Positions 46,516 through 59,674 are shown, numbered from the stretch's first letter. The stretch is DNA of 64,000 nt from Halomonas salifodinae (GCF_039522585.1 NZ_BAAADR010000010.1), one strand, 5' to 3'. A program made the numbers and translations. Notes: generated by a model from the letters alone, not told the origin.

Positions 46516-47393
46516 TCCTGATCCTGCTGGCCCTCCTGGTCAGCGGCTGTGCCGGCCACTCGGGGGAGACCCGCCGCCTGGGCCAGGCCCCCATCGCCGG
46601 CAACTGGATCACCATCCAGCGCGGCGACACCCTGGGCGCCATCGCCCGCCGCGCCGATGTGCCCCTGGCCCGGCTCCAGCGCTTCAACCCCGGTGTGGAT
46701 GCCCGCCGCCTGGCGGTGGGCCAGCGGCTCCTGGTGCCCACGGCCAACGAGCGCGCCCCCTCCGGCGGCCCCTACCGCTACCAGATTCGTCCCGGCGACA
46801 CCTACTCCTCGGTAGCGCGTCATTTCGGTTCCACCAGCGCCCGTATCCAGGCCGCCAACCCCGGCCAGCAGCCCAATCGCCTGCGGGTCGGTCAGGTCAT
46901 CCAGGTGCCCCTGCGCGGCGGCGCGCCCAGCCGAAGCACCGCCAGCCGTCCCGCGAGCGGCGGTTCGTCACGCCCCGCGTCCACTCCCGCTCGCCCGGAT
47001 CCCGGTGACCTGCCATCGTCGGCACGCAACTGGCCCTGGCCCCTCAACGACTACCGGGTGATTCGCCACTACGGCACCGACAGCCGCGGTACCCTGCAGC
47101 CCATGCTGCTGGCCACCGGCAATGGCGCCCAGGCCAAGGCCGTGGCGGATGGCGAAGTGCGCTTCGCCGGCAGCATGCGCCAGCTCGGGCGGGTGGTCAT
47201 CGTCCACCATGACGGCAACCTGCAGAGCGTCTATGCCCAGTGCGAACGGTTGTCGGTGGAGGTGGGGCGCCGGATCAGCCGCGGCACCCCGCTATGCACC
47301 GTGGGACGCCATGGGGAGACCGGGCGCTACGATCTCTTGTTCGATATGCGCCATGGCGGCAGGCCCATCGATCCGCGGCGGGTCTTGCGCTAA
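46461..47393 (+). CDS. Lipoprotein with two LysM domains and a C-terminal M23 peptidase domain (NlpD-like).
   Basis: Lipobox LLVSGC and two LysM repeats. Start uncertain; the ATG chosen overlaps the upstream gene by ~55 nt. Confidence 0.75.
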   Translation: MAQRPLARQGSASRRLALILILLALLVSGCAGHSGETRRLGQAPIAGNWITIQRGDTLGAIARRADVPLARLQRFNPGVDARRLAVGQRLLVPTANERAPSGGPYRYQIRPGDTYSSVARHFGSTSARIQAANPGQQPNRLRVGQVIQVPLRGGAPSRSTASRPASGGSSRPASTPARPDPGDLPSSARNWPWPLNDYRVIRHYGTDSRGTLQPMLLATGNGAQAKAVADGEVRFAGSMRQLGRVVIVHHDGNLQSVYAQCERLSVEVGRRISRGTPLCTVGRHGETGRYDLLFDMRHGGRPIDPRRVLR

Positions 47394-47590
47394 CGCCTCC
47401 TGTTCGGCGCTTCCGGTTCCCGCCATGGCGGCAGACCCATCGATCCGCGGCGGGTCTTGCGCCGATAGCCACACCAAACACGGGGCCTTCGGGCCCCGCT
47501 GTCATCCCGCCGTCATCCCATCGCCCCACCCCTGTCATCGCCGAGACTCAGGCTAGGCGCTATAACGAGCGATGATAGTCAGGAGTGGCG

Positions 47591-48754
47591 ATGCGTATCT
47601 GTCTGGTCAGCGAGACCTGGGCGCCGGAGGTCAATGGCGTGGCCCATACCCTGGGACGGCTTGGTGAGGAGCTACTGGCGCGAGGCCATCAGCTTCAACT
47701 GATTCGACCGCGCCCCGATGACGGTTTGCGCCAGCCCGGCATGCAGGCCGAACTTCAGGTCAGGAGCCTGCCCCTGCCCGGCTATCGACAGGTGCGCCTG
47801 GGCTGGCCGGCGCGCCGCGCCCTTCACCGCTTCTGGCGCCGGCAGCGCCCCGATATCGCCTACCTCGCCACCGAAGGCCCCCTGGGCTGGGCCGCCCTGG
47901 GCGCCGCCCGACGGCTAATGATCCCCACCGCCAGCGGCTTCCATACCGACTTCGATCATTATGCCGGGGCCTATGGGATGGGCCTGTTCAAGCCGCTGGT
48001 ACGCGCCGGGCTACGCCGCTTCCATAACCGCACCGGCGCCACCCTGGTACCGACACCGGAGCAGGCTCGCCGGCTAGCGGAGCAGGGCTTTGCCAACCTG
48101 GCCGTGATGGGTCGCGGCGTCGATACCGGGCGCTTTGCTCCGGATAAACGGGATGCGGCGCTGCGCCTGGCCTGGGGCGCCCAACCCCATCAGCCGGTGG
48201 TGCTGCACGTGGGGCGCCTGGCCAAGGAGAAGAACCTGGCCCTGCTGGTGCGCACGGTACGCGCCATGCAGGCCCTGCGGCCGGACCTGGTTCAGGTCAT
48301 TGTCGGCGATGGCCCCCAGCGTCAGGCCCTAGCCGCCGAGCTCCCCGAGGCCCACTTCTGCGGCTTCGTGCCCCCGGACGACCTGCCCCGCCACTATGCC
48401 AGCGCCGACCTGCTGCTGTTTCCGTCGCTCTCCGAGACCTATGGCAATGTGGTGACCGAGGCCATGGCCAGCGGCCTGCCGGTAGTGGCCTTCGCCACCG
48501 CCGCCGCGGCACTGCTGATCGAGGCGGACCATAACGGCGTCAGCGTGGCGCCCGAGGATGACGAGGCCTTTATCGCCGCCGCCTGCCGACTCTGCCAGAG
48601 CCCGGCACGCTGGGGCCAACTGGGTCGAAGCGCCCGCCTGACGGTCGCCGAACAGAGCTGGTCACGAATCGCCGATGACTTCCTGGCCATCCTCGAGGGG
48701 GTCCGGCAAGTGCGTCCTGCCCCCACCCACCGAGTGCCGACCTCGGCCCGCTAG
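47591..48754 (+). CDS. Family 1 (GT4) glycosyltransferase.
   Basis: GT-B fold with a C-terminal E-x7-E region (LFPSLSETYGNVVTEAMASGLPVV). AGGAG RBS. Confidence 0.8.
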   Translation: MRICLVSETWAPEVNGVAHTLGRLGEELLARGHQLQLIRPRPDDGLRQPGMQAELQVRSLPLPGYRQVRLGWPARRALHRFWRRQRPDIAYLATEGPLGWAALGAARRLMIPTASGFHTDFDHYAGAYGMGLFKPLVRAGLRRFHNRTGATLVPTPEQARRLAEQGFANLAVMGRGVDTGRFAPDKRDAALRLAWGAQPHQPVVLHVGRLAKEKNLALLVRTVRAMQALRPDLVQVIVGDGPQRQALAAELPEAHFCGFVPPDDLPRHYASADLLLFPSLSETYGNVVTEAMASGLPVVAFATAAAALLIEADHNGVSVAPEDDEAFIAAACRLCQSPARWGQLGRSARLTVAEQSWSRIADDFLAILEGVRQVRPAPTHRVPTSAR

Positions 48755-48762
48755 GAGGCCCC

Positions 48763-49335
48763 ATGATGATCACGCCCCGCACCCCTGCCCTCTTCCGGCG
48801 CCTGGATCTGCTGGAGTGGTCGCTGTGCCACCGCCTGGCGGTAGCCACCAGCGCCGCGCCCTTGCCCCTCGGCCTGCTGCGCCTGGCCAGTCGAGTGGGG
48901 GACTGGCCCGCCTGGGTGCTGCTGATCGCCCTGCAGCCGCTGCTGCATGGTGCCCTGGGCTGGCGCTTGATGCTGCACTTCAGCCTCACCGCCCTGGTAG
49001 CGGTCAGCCTCTACCGCCTGATCAAGACGCGGCTCTGCCGCGAGCGCCCCTCCATCACCTTCCGGGCCATTCCCTGCCGGGAACCGCCGCGGGATCGCTA
49101 CAGCTTCCCCAGCGGCCATACCCTGCATGCGGTGATCTTCAGCCTGCTGACCGCGGCGACCCAGCCCTGGCTGTTGCTGCTGGTTCTGCCCCTGGCCCTG
49201 CTGATCGCCCTCTCCCGGGTGGGCCTGGGGCTGCACTATATTTCCGATGTGATCGGCGGCGCCCTGCTGGGCCTGACCATCGGCCTGATCAGCCTGTACT
49301 GGCTCCCTGTTACGACCCAGGCTCTGGCACACTAG
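48763..49335 (+). CDS. PAP2-superfamily membrane phosphatase.
   Basis: Tripartite PAP2 motif KxxxxxxRP / PSGH / SRxxxxxHxxxD. Confidence 0.85.
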   Translation: MMITPRTPALFRRLDLLEWSLCHRLAVATSAAPLPLGLLRLASRVGDWPAWVLLIALQPLLHGALGWRLMLHFSLTALVAVSLYRLIKTRLCRERPSITFRAIPCREPPRDRYSFPSGHTLHAVIFSLLTAATQPWLLLLVLPLALLIALSRVGLGLHYISDVIGGALLGLTIGLISLYWLPVTTQALAH

Positions 49336-49356
49336 GGGCTCCACGTTCATTGGCGA

Positions 49357-49992
49357 GTGCCCATGCCAAGCCCCTCTTGCTGGCAGCTGCTGCTGGATGA
49401 CCCGCCGCTATGGCGACGGGACGGCGTGCTGGGTGAGCCCACGGCGACCCGGCTATTGCAGCGCCTGGACGCCGAGGTGTCCTGGCAGCGTCCCACCCTC
49501 AGGCTCTATGGCCGCGAGCACCCGATCCCCCGCCGCCAGGCCTGGATGGGCGAGCCCGACGCGCACTACCGCTATTCGGGCCGCGACTTTATCCCCCAGC
49601 CCTGGCATCCCGAACTGCCCGGGATCAAGGCCGAGATCGAGTCATGCCTGGCGGCACTGGGCTTGCCCCGCGCCTTGAATAGCGTACTGCTCAATCGCTA
49701 TGGCGACGGCCAGGAGCGCATGGGCTGGCATAGCGACGACGAGCCCGAGTTGGGCGAGGCGCCGGTGATCGCCGCCCTCTCCCTGGGCGCCGAGCGGCCG
49801 CTGCGCTTCCGCTGGAAGGACCGCCGGGGTCCCGCCTTCAATCTCTGGCTACCCCACGACAGCCTGCTGGTCATGGGTCCCGGCTGCCAGGCCGTGCTGC
49901 AGCACGCCCTCTTGCCCCGCCAGGGGCGAATTCACCAACCCGGGCTGCGGATCAACCTCACCTTCCGCCATATCCAGCCGCGCCGGCCCTAA
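49357..49992 (+). CDS. alkB: Alpha-ketoglutarate/Fe(II)-dependent dioxygenase AlkB (alkylated DNA repair).
   Basis: HxD...H Fe-binding motif (WHSDDE ... H), RxNxTxR 2OG-binding motif (RINLTFR). 211 aa. Confidence 0.8.
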   Translation: MPMPSPSCWQLLLDDPPLWRRDGVLGEPTATRLLQRLDAEVSWQRPTLRLYGREHPIPRRQAWMGEPDAHYRYSGRDFIPQPWHPELPGIKAEIESCLAALGLPRALNSVLLNRYGDGQERMGWHSDDEPELGEAPVIAALSLGAERPLRFRWKDRRGPAFNLWLPHDSLLVMGPGCQAVLQHALLPRQGRIHQPGLRINLTFRHIQPRRP

Positions 49993-50003
49993 CCCCCATC
50001 AAC

Positions 50004-50046
50004 GCCGAAGGCCGAACGCATCGCGTTCGGCCTTCGGCGTTTCTGC
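50004..50046. terminator. Bidirectional rho-independent terminator between the convergent alkB and gcvT.
   Basis: gccgaaggccgaacgc-atc-gcgttcggccttcggc perfect 16-bp stem followed by gtttctg. Confidence 0.7.
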
Positions 50047-50062
50047 CCGGGTCAAGGGAAGA

Positions 50063-50077
50063 AAGATAACGGTATAA
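50063..50077. other. 15-mer AAGATAACGGTATAA, copy 3 of 3, just after the alkB/gcvT bidirectional terminator.
   Basis: Exact match to the other two copies. Confidence 0.8.
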
Positions 50078-50093
50078 AAAGGGGTGCGATAGA

Positions 50094-51206
50094 CTAGCCG
50101 CGATAGTAACCCGGCGTCACGAAGGGCATCCTGGTCACCGTCATCGGCAGGCGCTTGCCGCGCACCTCGGCGAACACCTGGGTCTCGGGGTCACTGGCCT
50201 CGATGCTGACATAACCCATGGCCACCGGCTTGCCCACGCTGGGGCCGAAGCCGCCGGAGGTCACCACGCCGATGCGTTCGCCCTCGGCGTTATACAGCTC
50301 GGCACCCTCGCGCACCGGGGCACGCCCCTCGCCCAGCAGGCCCACCCGCTTGCGGCGGTGATCCTTGTCCTGCACCTGCTGCAGGATCAGCTCGGCGCCG
50401 GGGAAGCCGCCGGCACGCTCGCCGCCCAGCCGGCGCGGCTTGCCGATGGCCCAGATCAGCCCCGCCTCCACCGGGGTGGTGGCGGTATCGATATCATGAC
50501 CATAGAGACACAGGCCCGCCTCCAGGCGCAGGGAGTCCCGCGCCCCCAGGCCGATGGCCTCCACCTCGGCCTCGGCCAGCAGGCGCCGGGCCAGGGTCTC
50601 GCTGTCGGCGGCGGCCACCGAGATCTCGAAGCCATCCTCGCCGGTATAGCCGCTGCGACTCACCCAGGCCTCGATGCCATCGATCGTGAAGTGTCCGTGC
50701 TGCATAAAGACCAACTCGCCGGCCGCGGGGCAGAGGCGCTTCATCACCTCGGCGGCCTGGGGGCCCTGCAGGGCCAGCAGGCCCCGATCGAGCGGCTCGA
50801 GCGTATGGCCCGATGCCAGGTTGGCCTCCAGGTGGGCGATATCCTGAGCCTTGCAGGCGGCATTGACCACCAGGTAGAGGTGATCGCCGGCGTTGACCAC
50901 CATCAGGTCATCGAGGATGCCCCCCTCCGGGTTGGTAAAGAGCGCGTAACGCTGCATGCCTTCCGGCAGGCCGACGATATCCGCGGGCACCAGAGCCTCG
51001 AGGGCCGCCGCCGGGTCCGGCCCACGCAGGATCAGCTGCCCCATATGGGAGACATCGAACAGGCCGCAGGCGCTGCGGGTATGCTCGTGCTCCTTCTTGA
51101 CTCCCAGGGGGTACTGCACCGGCATCTCGTAACCGGCGAAGGGCACCAGCTTGGCCCCCAGCTCCACGTGCAGGTCGTACAACGGCGTCTTGTCGAGTTG
51201 GCTCAT
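50094..51206 (-). CDS. gcvT: Glycine cleavage system aminomethyltransferase T.
   Basis: GcvT signatures (LFDVSHMGQL). Confidence 0.95.
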   Translation of the reverse strand: MSQLDKTPLYDLHVELGAKLVPFAGYEMPVQYPLGVKKEHEHTRSACGLFDVSHMGQLILRGPDPAAALEALVPADIVGLPEGMQRYALFTNPEGGILDDLMVVNAGDHLYLVVNAACKAQDIAHLEANLASGHTLEPLDRGLLALQGPQAAEVMKRLCPAAGELVFMQHGHFTIDGIEAWVSRSGYTGEDGFEISVAAADSETLARRLLAEAEVEAIGLGARDSLRLEAGLCLYGHDIDTATTPVEAGLIWAIGKPRRLGGERAGGFPGAELILQQVQDKDHRRKRVGLLGEGRAPVREGAELYNAEGERIGVVTSGGFGPSVGKPVAMGYVSIEASDPETQVFAEVRGKRLPMTVTRMPFVTPGYYRG

Positions 51207-51269
51207 GGTGTTTTCCGTGACAGGTTGGGGTCGAGCGGTGGCGGGCGACGCATGCCGCCCGCCGGCCGC

Positions 51270-52646
51270 TTACTTGGGCAGATCCTCACCCGGCAGGACG
51301 TCCTTGCCGTCGAAATAGTCTCGGGTCAGCTTGAAGACCATGGGCGACAGCAGCGCCAGGGCGATCAGGTTGGGAATGGCCATCATGGCGTTGAAGGTAT
51401 CCGCCATCAGCCAGATGAAGCCCAGCTGAGCGATGGCCCCCAGCGGAATGGCCAGCACGAACAGCACCCGGTAGAGCATGATGGAGCGGGTACCGAACAG
51501 GAACTGGAAACACTTCTCGCCATAGAAGGACCAGCCGAGGATGGTGGTGAAGGCGAAGATCGCCAGGGCCAGGGAGACGATCTGATTACCGTATCCCGGT
51601 AGCGCCGCCTCGAAGGAGAGCGCGGTCAGCGAGGCCCCCGCCTCGCCCTCGACCCACACCGTGGAGGTGAGGATCACCAGGGCGGTGATGGTGCAGACCA
51701 TGATGGTGTCGATAAAGGTACCCAGCATGGCGATCAGCCCCTGACGCACCGGGTTCTTGGTTTGCGCCGCGGCGTGGGCGATGGGCGCGCTGCCCAACCC
51801 CGCCTCGTTGGAGAAGATCCCCCGGGCCACCCCGAAGCGGATCGCCGCCATCACCGCGGCCCCGGCGAAGCCACCCATGGCGGCATGGGGATTGAAGGCG
51901 TAGTAGAAGATCATCGAGAAGGCATCGCCGATCTGGCTGGCATTCACCGCCAGCACCACCAGGCCCGCCAGGATATAGAGGATACCCATGATCGGCACCA
52001 GCTTACCGGCCACCTTGGCGATACGCTTGATACCGCCCAGGATCACCGCCCCGGCCAGTACCATGATCACCACCCCGGTGAGCCAGTGGGGCAACCCGAA
52101 GGTGGAGTCGAGGGCATCGGCCACCGAATTGGACTGCACGGTGTTGCCGATACCGAAGGCCGCCACGGCGCCGAAGAAGGCGAAGGCGCCCCCCAGCCAG
52201 GCCCACTTCTTGCCCAGGCCGTTCTTGATATAGAACATCGGCCCGCCGATATGGTTGCCGGTGCTGTCCACCTCCCGATAGCGCACGGCGAGCACCGCCT
52301 CGGAGAACTTGGTGGCCATCCCCACCAGGGCGGTGATCCACATCCAGAACACCGCGCCCGGCCCCCCCAGGGCGATGGCGGTGGCCACCCCGGCGATGTT
52401 CCCGGTACCGATGGTGGCGGAGAGCGCGGTCATCAGGGCATTGAAGGGCGAGATCTCCCCCTCCTTCTCTTCGCCCTTGGCGGCGCGCCCCTGGAACATC
52501 AGCTTGAAGCCGGTACCCAGCTTGCGGATCGGCATCAGCTTGAGACCCAGCTGCAGGTAGAGACCCACCCCCAGCAACAGGATCAACATCAATGGCCCCC
52601 AGACCACGCTATTGATCGCACTGAACAGATTCGTTAAGGCTTCCAT
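51270..52646 (-). CDS. agcS: Alanine/glycine:cation symporter (AGCS family).
   Basis: AGCS signature (ATIGTGNIAGVATAI) and about 11 TM helices. Upstream of gcvT. Confidence 0.9.
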   Translation of the reverse strand: MEALTNLFSAINSVVWGPLMLILLLGVGLYLQLGLKLMPIRKLGTGFKLMFQGRAAKGEEKEGEISPFNALMTALSATIGTGNIAGVATAIALGGPGAVFWMWITALVGMATKFSEAVLAVRYREVDSTGNHIGGPMFYIKNGLGKKWAWLGGAFAFFGAVAAFGIGNTVQSNSVADALDSTFGLPHWLTGVVIMVLAGAVILGGIKRIAKVAGKLVPIMGILYILAGLVVLAVNASQIGDAFSMIFYYAFNPHAAMGGFAGAAVMAAIRFGVARGIFSNEAGLGSAPIAHAAAQTKNPVRQGLIAMLGTFIDTIMVCTITALVILTSTVWVEGEAGASLTALSFEAALPGYGNQIVSLALAIFAFTTILGWSFYGEKCFQFLFGTRSIMLYRVLFVLAIPLGAIAQLGFIWLMADTFNAMMAIPNLIALALLSPMVFKLTRDYFDGKDVLPGEDLPK

Positions 52647-53110
52647 GGGATCGTTCCCCCTTGACTATTCTTGTTGGGCACACGTGGTTCGCGTGCGATG
52701 TCTCGACTCGCCGCCCCTGGATCAGTCAGGGGATCGGCAGAGAGTGCGTAACATAGCGGATCCCTCCGCCTTTTCTCCAGTCCACTATAAGAAATTTTTG
52801 CCTTGCTACGTCTAATGTAGAATAGCAGATGACCCATGCCAGGGACCGTTGAGGCATGGGGGCGTCTCGGCCGGCCATTGACGAGAAATTTGTTTCCGAT
52901 AGGAAACATGGGCTACATTATCGAGCCTGGAGCGGGACCACAAGTCCTCGGCGGAGGATCACCTCCCCCTGCCTGGACACCCCGCCGGGGGAAGACCACC
53001 CTGTAATAAGCCTCGACGCACCCACCAGGCCGCCGTCGACATGGCCAAAACGGGCGTTAGGGGTTAGGATTCGCCCGATCTGAAAACCTTTTCGTATAGG
53101 AAAACCTGCG

Positions 53111-53500
53111 ATGAGCAATATCCCCGCCAACCTGCGCTACACCGACAGTCATGAATGGGTGCTGGACAACGGCGACGGCACCGTAACCCTCGGTATCACC
53201 GACCATGCCCAGCAGGCCCTGGGCGACGTGGTCTTCGTCGAGCTGCCCGAGGTGGGCCGTGGCCTGGACGCCGGCGAGGAGTTCGGCGTCATCGAGTCGG
53301 TGAAGGCCGCCTCCGACCTCTACGCGCCCCTGGCCGGCGAGGTGATCGAGGCCAACGAGGCCCTGGAAGACGCCCCGGAAACCGTCAACGAGTCGCCCTA
53401 CGAGGATGGCTGGATCGCCAAGCTCAAGCTGGCCGATGCCGGCGCCCTGGAGGGCCTGCTCGACGCCGAGGCCTACGCCAAGCTGGCCGACGCCGAATAA
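53111..53500 (+). CDS. gcvH: Glycine cleavage system protein H.
   Basis: Lipoyl-lysine motif ESVKAASD. 129 aa. Confidence 0.95.
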   Translation: MSNIPANLRYTDSHEWVLDNGDGTVTLGITDHAQQALGDVVFVELPEVGRGLDAGEEFGVIESVKAASDLYAPLAGEVIEANEALEDAPETVNESPYEDGWIAKLKLADAGALEGLLDAEAYAKLADAE

Positions 53501-53584
53501 GCCGTCGTTTCGCCGGGTGACCCCCTCACCCGGCCTCTCCCCTCGCTGCCCCGGGGCCGCGCCCCGCTTGCCTACAGGTGTTCC

Positions 53585-56479
<2,895 letters not shown>

Positions 56480-56488
56480 TCCGCCTAA

Positions 56489-56533
56489 TAATATCGCCCC
56501 GGCCAAACCTGGCCGGGGCGATATTGTTTCTAT
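56489..56533 (+). terminator. Rho-independent terminator after the current gcvP stop.
   Basis: atatcgccccggcc-aaacct-ggccggggcgatat perfect stem, then tgtttctatt. Confidence 0.65.
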
Positions 56534-56572
56534 TGATGTAACTTGAGACCGCCCCCTGTACGTGTATCATGA

Positions 56573-57856
56573 CTAGGGTGACAGTCTCCGCCCCCCCACC
56601 TGCTCATTCACCCATGCTGCCAACCTGCCCAATGCTGCCACAGCACCTGCAGTGGTGTATTCTCGGGGCCAGACGTCGATAAATAGAAAGCGTCCACCGC
56701 TTTCATAAGCGGCATCCTTACCGCCATCCCGGTAGAACACCAACTCCGTACTTTTCTGCGCGGGAATCCGCTCAAGGAATGCCTGTTCGATCGCTTTCAG
56801 ATCGTAGCCATCGGCTCGCTCAATATACGCCCTGACGTAAAAGCCGATGCTCTCGTCAGCTTCGGATTCCCCTACTTCAGGGTAGTACACCAGACACACC
56901 TGTGTAGCCCTCTCCCAACCAACAGGAAAAAACCGCAACACACGGGTCTGATCTTTCCAGGTATTACGTGACTGGCTAACATCCGCCGGAGCCATCCCCA
57001 GCGCCTCAGCCACTTTCGCTTGACCTTCCTCCGCCAGCTCATTCTCCAGGCGATTAAGGTACTCCACCGCTTCACGCAGCTGGCGAAAGTGCCTCAAGGA
57101 GAAATCTCGTTCGTGCTGTTCCATGGTCTTGGCCTCCTTGGGCTTGGCGATATTTTGCATATGCTGCAACAGTTCTTGGTAGAAGGGCTGCCACTTGGCA
57201 TAGCCCTCTTCTTCCGCACGGGAAATCTGTTGGCCATACAGCTCATAGGCCACATCAATCAACTGCTGATACGATACCACCGGCCAGTTATCCGGCACAT
57301 GCCTACGATCATCGTTCGGCCTTAACACGCAGCGCACTTTCTGCTCCTGCTGATAGCTGTCAATCAAACGATCATAGTCGCCAAAGGGATTGTGCTCGGC
57401 AGAAGCCCATACCTTGTGCTCGATGCCCGCCACAAAGCGATCATCGTAAATTACAAAATCCAGCCGTTTGGCAGTACATTGGAGAACATCAGCGGATATC
57501 TCGCTATAAACCGACACCTCGCGTTCGGCCACCACGTCGTTCCAATCAGTTTCCTCCCGCACCGCCGGCAGCAACATAGCATCCGCTTCCGCCCCGAAGG
57601 CGCTCGCGTGATATCGCACCAGGCAAACCCACAACGCCTCGACCAGCCAACGCGGCGCCCCCGCGTGGCTACCCATAAAGAACGCCATCAAATCAGATAA
57701 GCGATTTTCGTCTTGCCCCGGCCCCACCGCCGAGAACAGGTTGGGTACCGGTGTTTCCGGCACTGGCATCTGATCAAGTGCCTGGAAGAAGTCTTGAAAG
57801 AAGACTTCAGGAAGGACTGCACTGGATTCTTTTTGAATCGAAGTCTGATTGCTCAC
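56573..57856 (-). CDS. Island protein A (427 aa) with a PD-(D/E)XK nuclease-like motif. Function unknown.
   Basis: Candidate D...(E/D)xK arrangement (RLDFVIYDD ... GIEHKVW). GC about 54% versus ~68% in the host. No confident family match from memory. Confidence 0.5.
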   Translation of the reverse strand: MSNQTSIQKESSAVLPEVFFQDFFQALDQMPVPETPVPNLFSAVGPGQDENRLSDLMAFFMGSHAGAPRWLVEALWVCLVRYHASAFGAEADAMLLPAVREETDWNDVVAEREVSVYSEISADVLQCTAKRLDFVIYDDRFVAGIEHKVWASAEHNPFGDYDRLIDSYQQEQKVRCVLRPNDDRRHVPDNWPVVSYQQLIDVAYELYGQQISRAEEEGYAKWQPFYQELLQHMQNIAKPKEAKTMEQHERDFSLRHFRQLREAVEYLNRLENELAEEGQAKVAEALGMAPADVSQSRNTWKDQTRVLRFFPVGWERATQVCLVYYPEVGESEADESIGFYVRAYIERADGYDLKAIEQAFLERIPAQKSTELVFYRDGGKDAAYESGGRFLFIDVWPREYTTAGAVAALGRLAAWVNEQVGGRRLSP

Positions 57857-57910
57857 TTGCTCTCCTTATCACGCCTCTCCGAACTAAAAACCACCCAACC
57901 ACAAACCACT

Positions 57911-58321
57911 TCATCGTGATGTTTTCAAAACACCCTCATAAGAGAGAAAAAGAAAATCAACCCCCGAAAAGACACAACCCCCTTTCTCATCCTCCAGAAA
58001 TCCAAGCAACTCATTATATTTTTCATTAGACTTATCGGGTGGCACGTCGACATATATAGCCCCCTCATACGGAGCAATTATCGTTCCAGAATAGATATAA
58101 AAGCACTCTTCCCAGCCTATGTCATTCGCCCCCAACCAGTGAATGACTTCCTTGCGAGAAGGCATACTTTCCCACACATCACTCATTGGCTTACCGCCCC
58201 ACGAGGCTCCGGTAAACGGATCCCCGCCGTCCTCCTCACCCATATGACCAAATGTGAGAAACACAATATCCTGCTGCTCGCGCAGGCAAATTTCGCCAAC
58301 CTTATAGACTAATTTCGGCAT
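57911..58321 (-). CDS. Island protein B (about 136 aa). Hypothetical.
   Basis: ORF in the low-GC island, co-oriented with protein A. No recognisable motifs. Confidence 0.4.
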   Translation of the reverse strand: MPKLVYKVGEICLREQQDIVFLTFGHMGEEDGGDPFTGASWGGKPMSDVWESMPSRKEVIHWLGANDIGWEECFYIYSGTIIAPYEGAIYVDVPPDKSNEKYNELLGFLEDEKGGCVFSGVDFLFLSYEGVLKTSR

Positions 58322-58431
58322 GGTCCCCACATTCTGATCCCAAGGTTTTCAGCAGTCCATCTCAACCATGCAACAGAATGTGTCGCATGATAGCATTACC
58401 CTGAATTTTCTAATATATCAAGAGGTACCCG

Positions 58432-59619
58432 ATGAATCAATCCAGCACGCTAGAGGCTGATGCTACTTTCCCCTGCCAGAAGCGGGTTACCATGGAATTC
58501 GAAGGAATGATGGGCTACCCACTGAGGCTGCATCTATCTCCGTGGCAGTCGGCATCACCGCTTGCATGGGAAAGTCGCCTTGATGGCGAGCTGCTTGCCG
58601 AGGGTAATTTTCTTTCTTCCCCTGGCATCAGCTGGGACATTCTGGCTTACGAATATGCTGACTCATTGCTGCATGGAATGCCTGATGATCTACGAGACAC
58701 CATTGCCCTTGTCCCGAGCCTGGGTATCGAGATGGCACAGGTATGCGGCCAGTTCAGTGCTGCGTGCGAGCTAGCCAGCTCGTCTCCCTTATTGCTGATT
58801 CTTCTCGTACAGCGAGGGATTGAGGAGCAATGGGATGGCCAGCAATTTACTGAGCTGCTAGGAAAGCGACAAGCCGACATATGTAAAGCGGTGGGGCTAT
58901 CCGGAACCAGAAGCAGTGCCAAACTCTTGAGAAGGCTACAATTACAGCCTGTTAGCCAAGCTGACCTCCACGCCACCCTGCACATGCTTCATCAAGAAAG
59001 CGATGTAGCGATTCTTCGTCATCATACACCCCTGAATATTGCTCATATTCTGTTTCTTGCTGACTACCATGGAAAACTCTGGCCGGGTCTATTGAAGATG
59101 GTAGACGAAGCTTTAGAGGAAAAAAATGCTCACGCCAGAACCAAGTCTTGGCTACGTCACATGCTGACCGACACCTTGCAGATATTACCTTCCGGATCAA
59201 CGGCGTTACAGAAAACAAGCTCCTTCTCTGAACTACAATCCCTGCATGATCGTCTAATCGAGAAATTCAATGCCCGGATGTCGGAAGGCAAAGGCCTGGA
59301 GGGAGCAGACAGGCTCTTTCATCAGCACGGGCACTATCCCGCTCCGCCGCTACCGGGCACTCAAGCCATCACCCCAATCACCTCTTGGCAGGAATTGCTC
59401 CAAGAAGGTCAGCGTATGAAGCACTGCGTAGGTAGCTATGACCGAACGGTTGCACTAGGCCACCTTGCTATTTATCACATGGATCACCCGCAAATGCTAA
59501 CAATTTCTATTTCACCACAGGGAAAACGCTGGGTACTCAACCAAGCAAGAGGGATATGCAATGCAATACCAACGATTGAAGCACAAGAGGCAATTCAATC
59601 CTGGTTGGATAAGCAATGA
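58432..59619 (+). CDS. Island protein C (395 aa). PcfJ-like protein (DUF). Function unknown.
   Basis: C-terminal [29 protein letters not shown] resembles the conserved EGxxLxHCVGSY core recalled for PcfJ-like domains. RBS agaggta. Low GC. Confidence 0.5.
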   Translation: MNQSSTLEADATFPCQKRVTMEFEGMMGYPLRLHLSPWQSASPLAWESRLDGELLAEGNFLSSPGISWDILAYEYADSLLHGMPDDLRDTIALVPSLGIEMAQVCGQFSAACELASSSPLLLILLVQRGIEEQWDGQQFTELLGKRQADICKAVGLSGTRSSAKLLRRLQLQPVSQADLHATLHMLHQESDVAILRHHTPLNIAHILFLADYHGKLWPGLLKMVDEALEEKNAHARTKSWLRHMLTDTLQILPSGSTALQKTSSFSELQSLHDRLIEKFNARMSEGKGLEGADRLFHQHGHYPAPPLPGTQAITPITSWQELLQEGQRMKHCVGSYDRTVALGHLAIYHMDHPQMLTISISPQGKRWVLNQARGICNAIPTIEAQEAIQSWLDKQ

Positions 59620-59674
59620 ATGGCGATGGCAATTGATTATCCATCTCGAAAGTTGGTTCTTCGGCGTAGCCGTA

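Noticed and set aside
52647-53110. Glycine riboswitch call.
   Set aside because: Only partial resemblance to consensus elements on either strand. Not confident enough to annotate as ncRNA.
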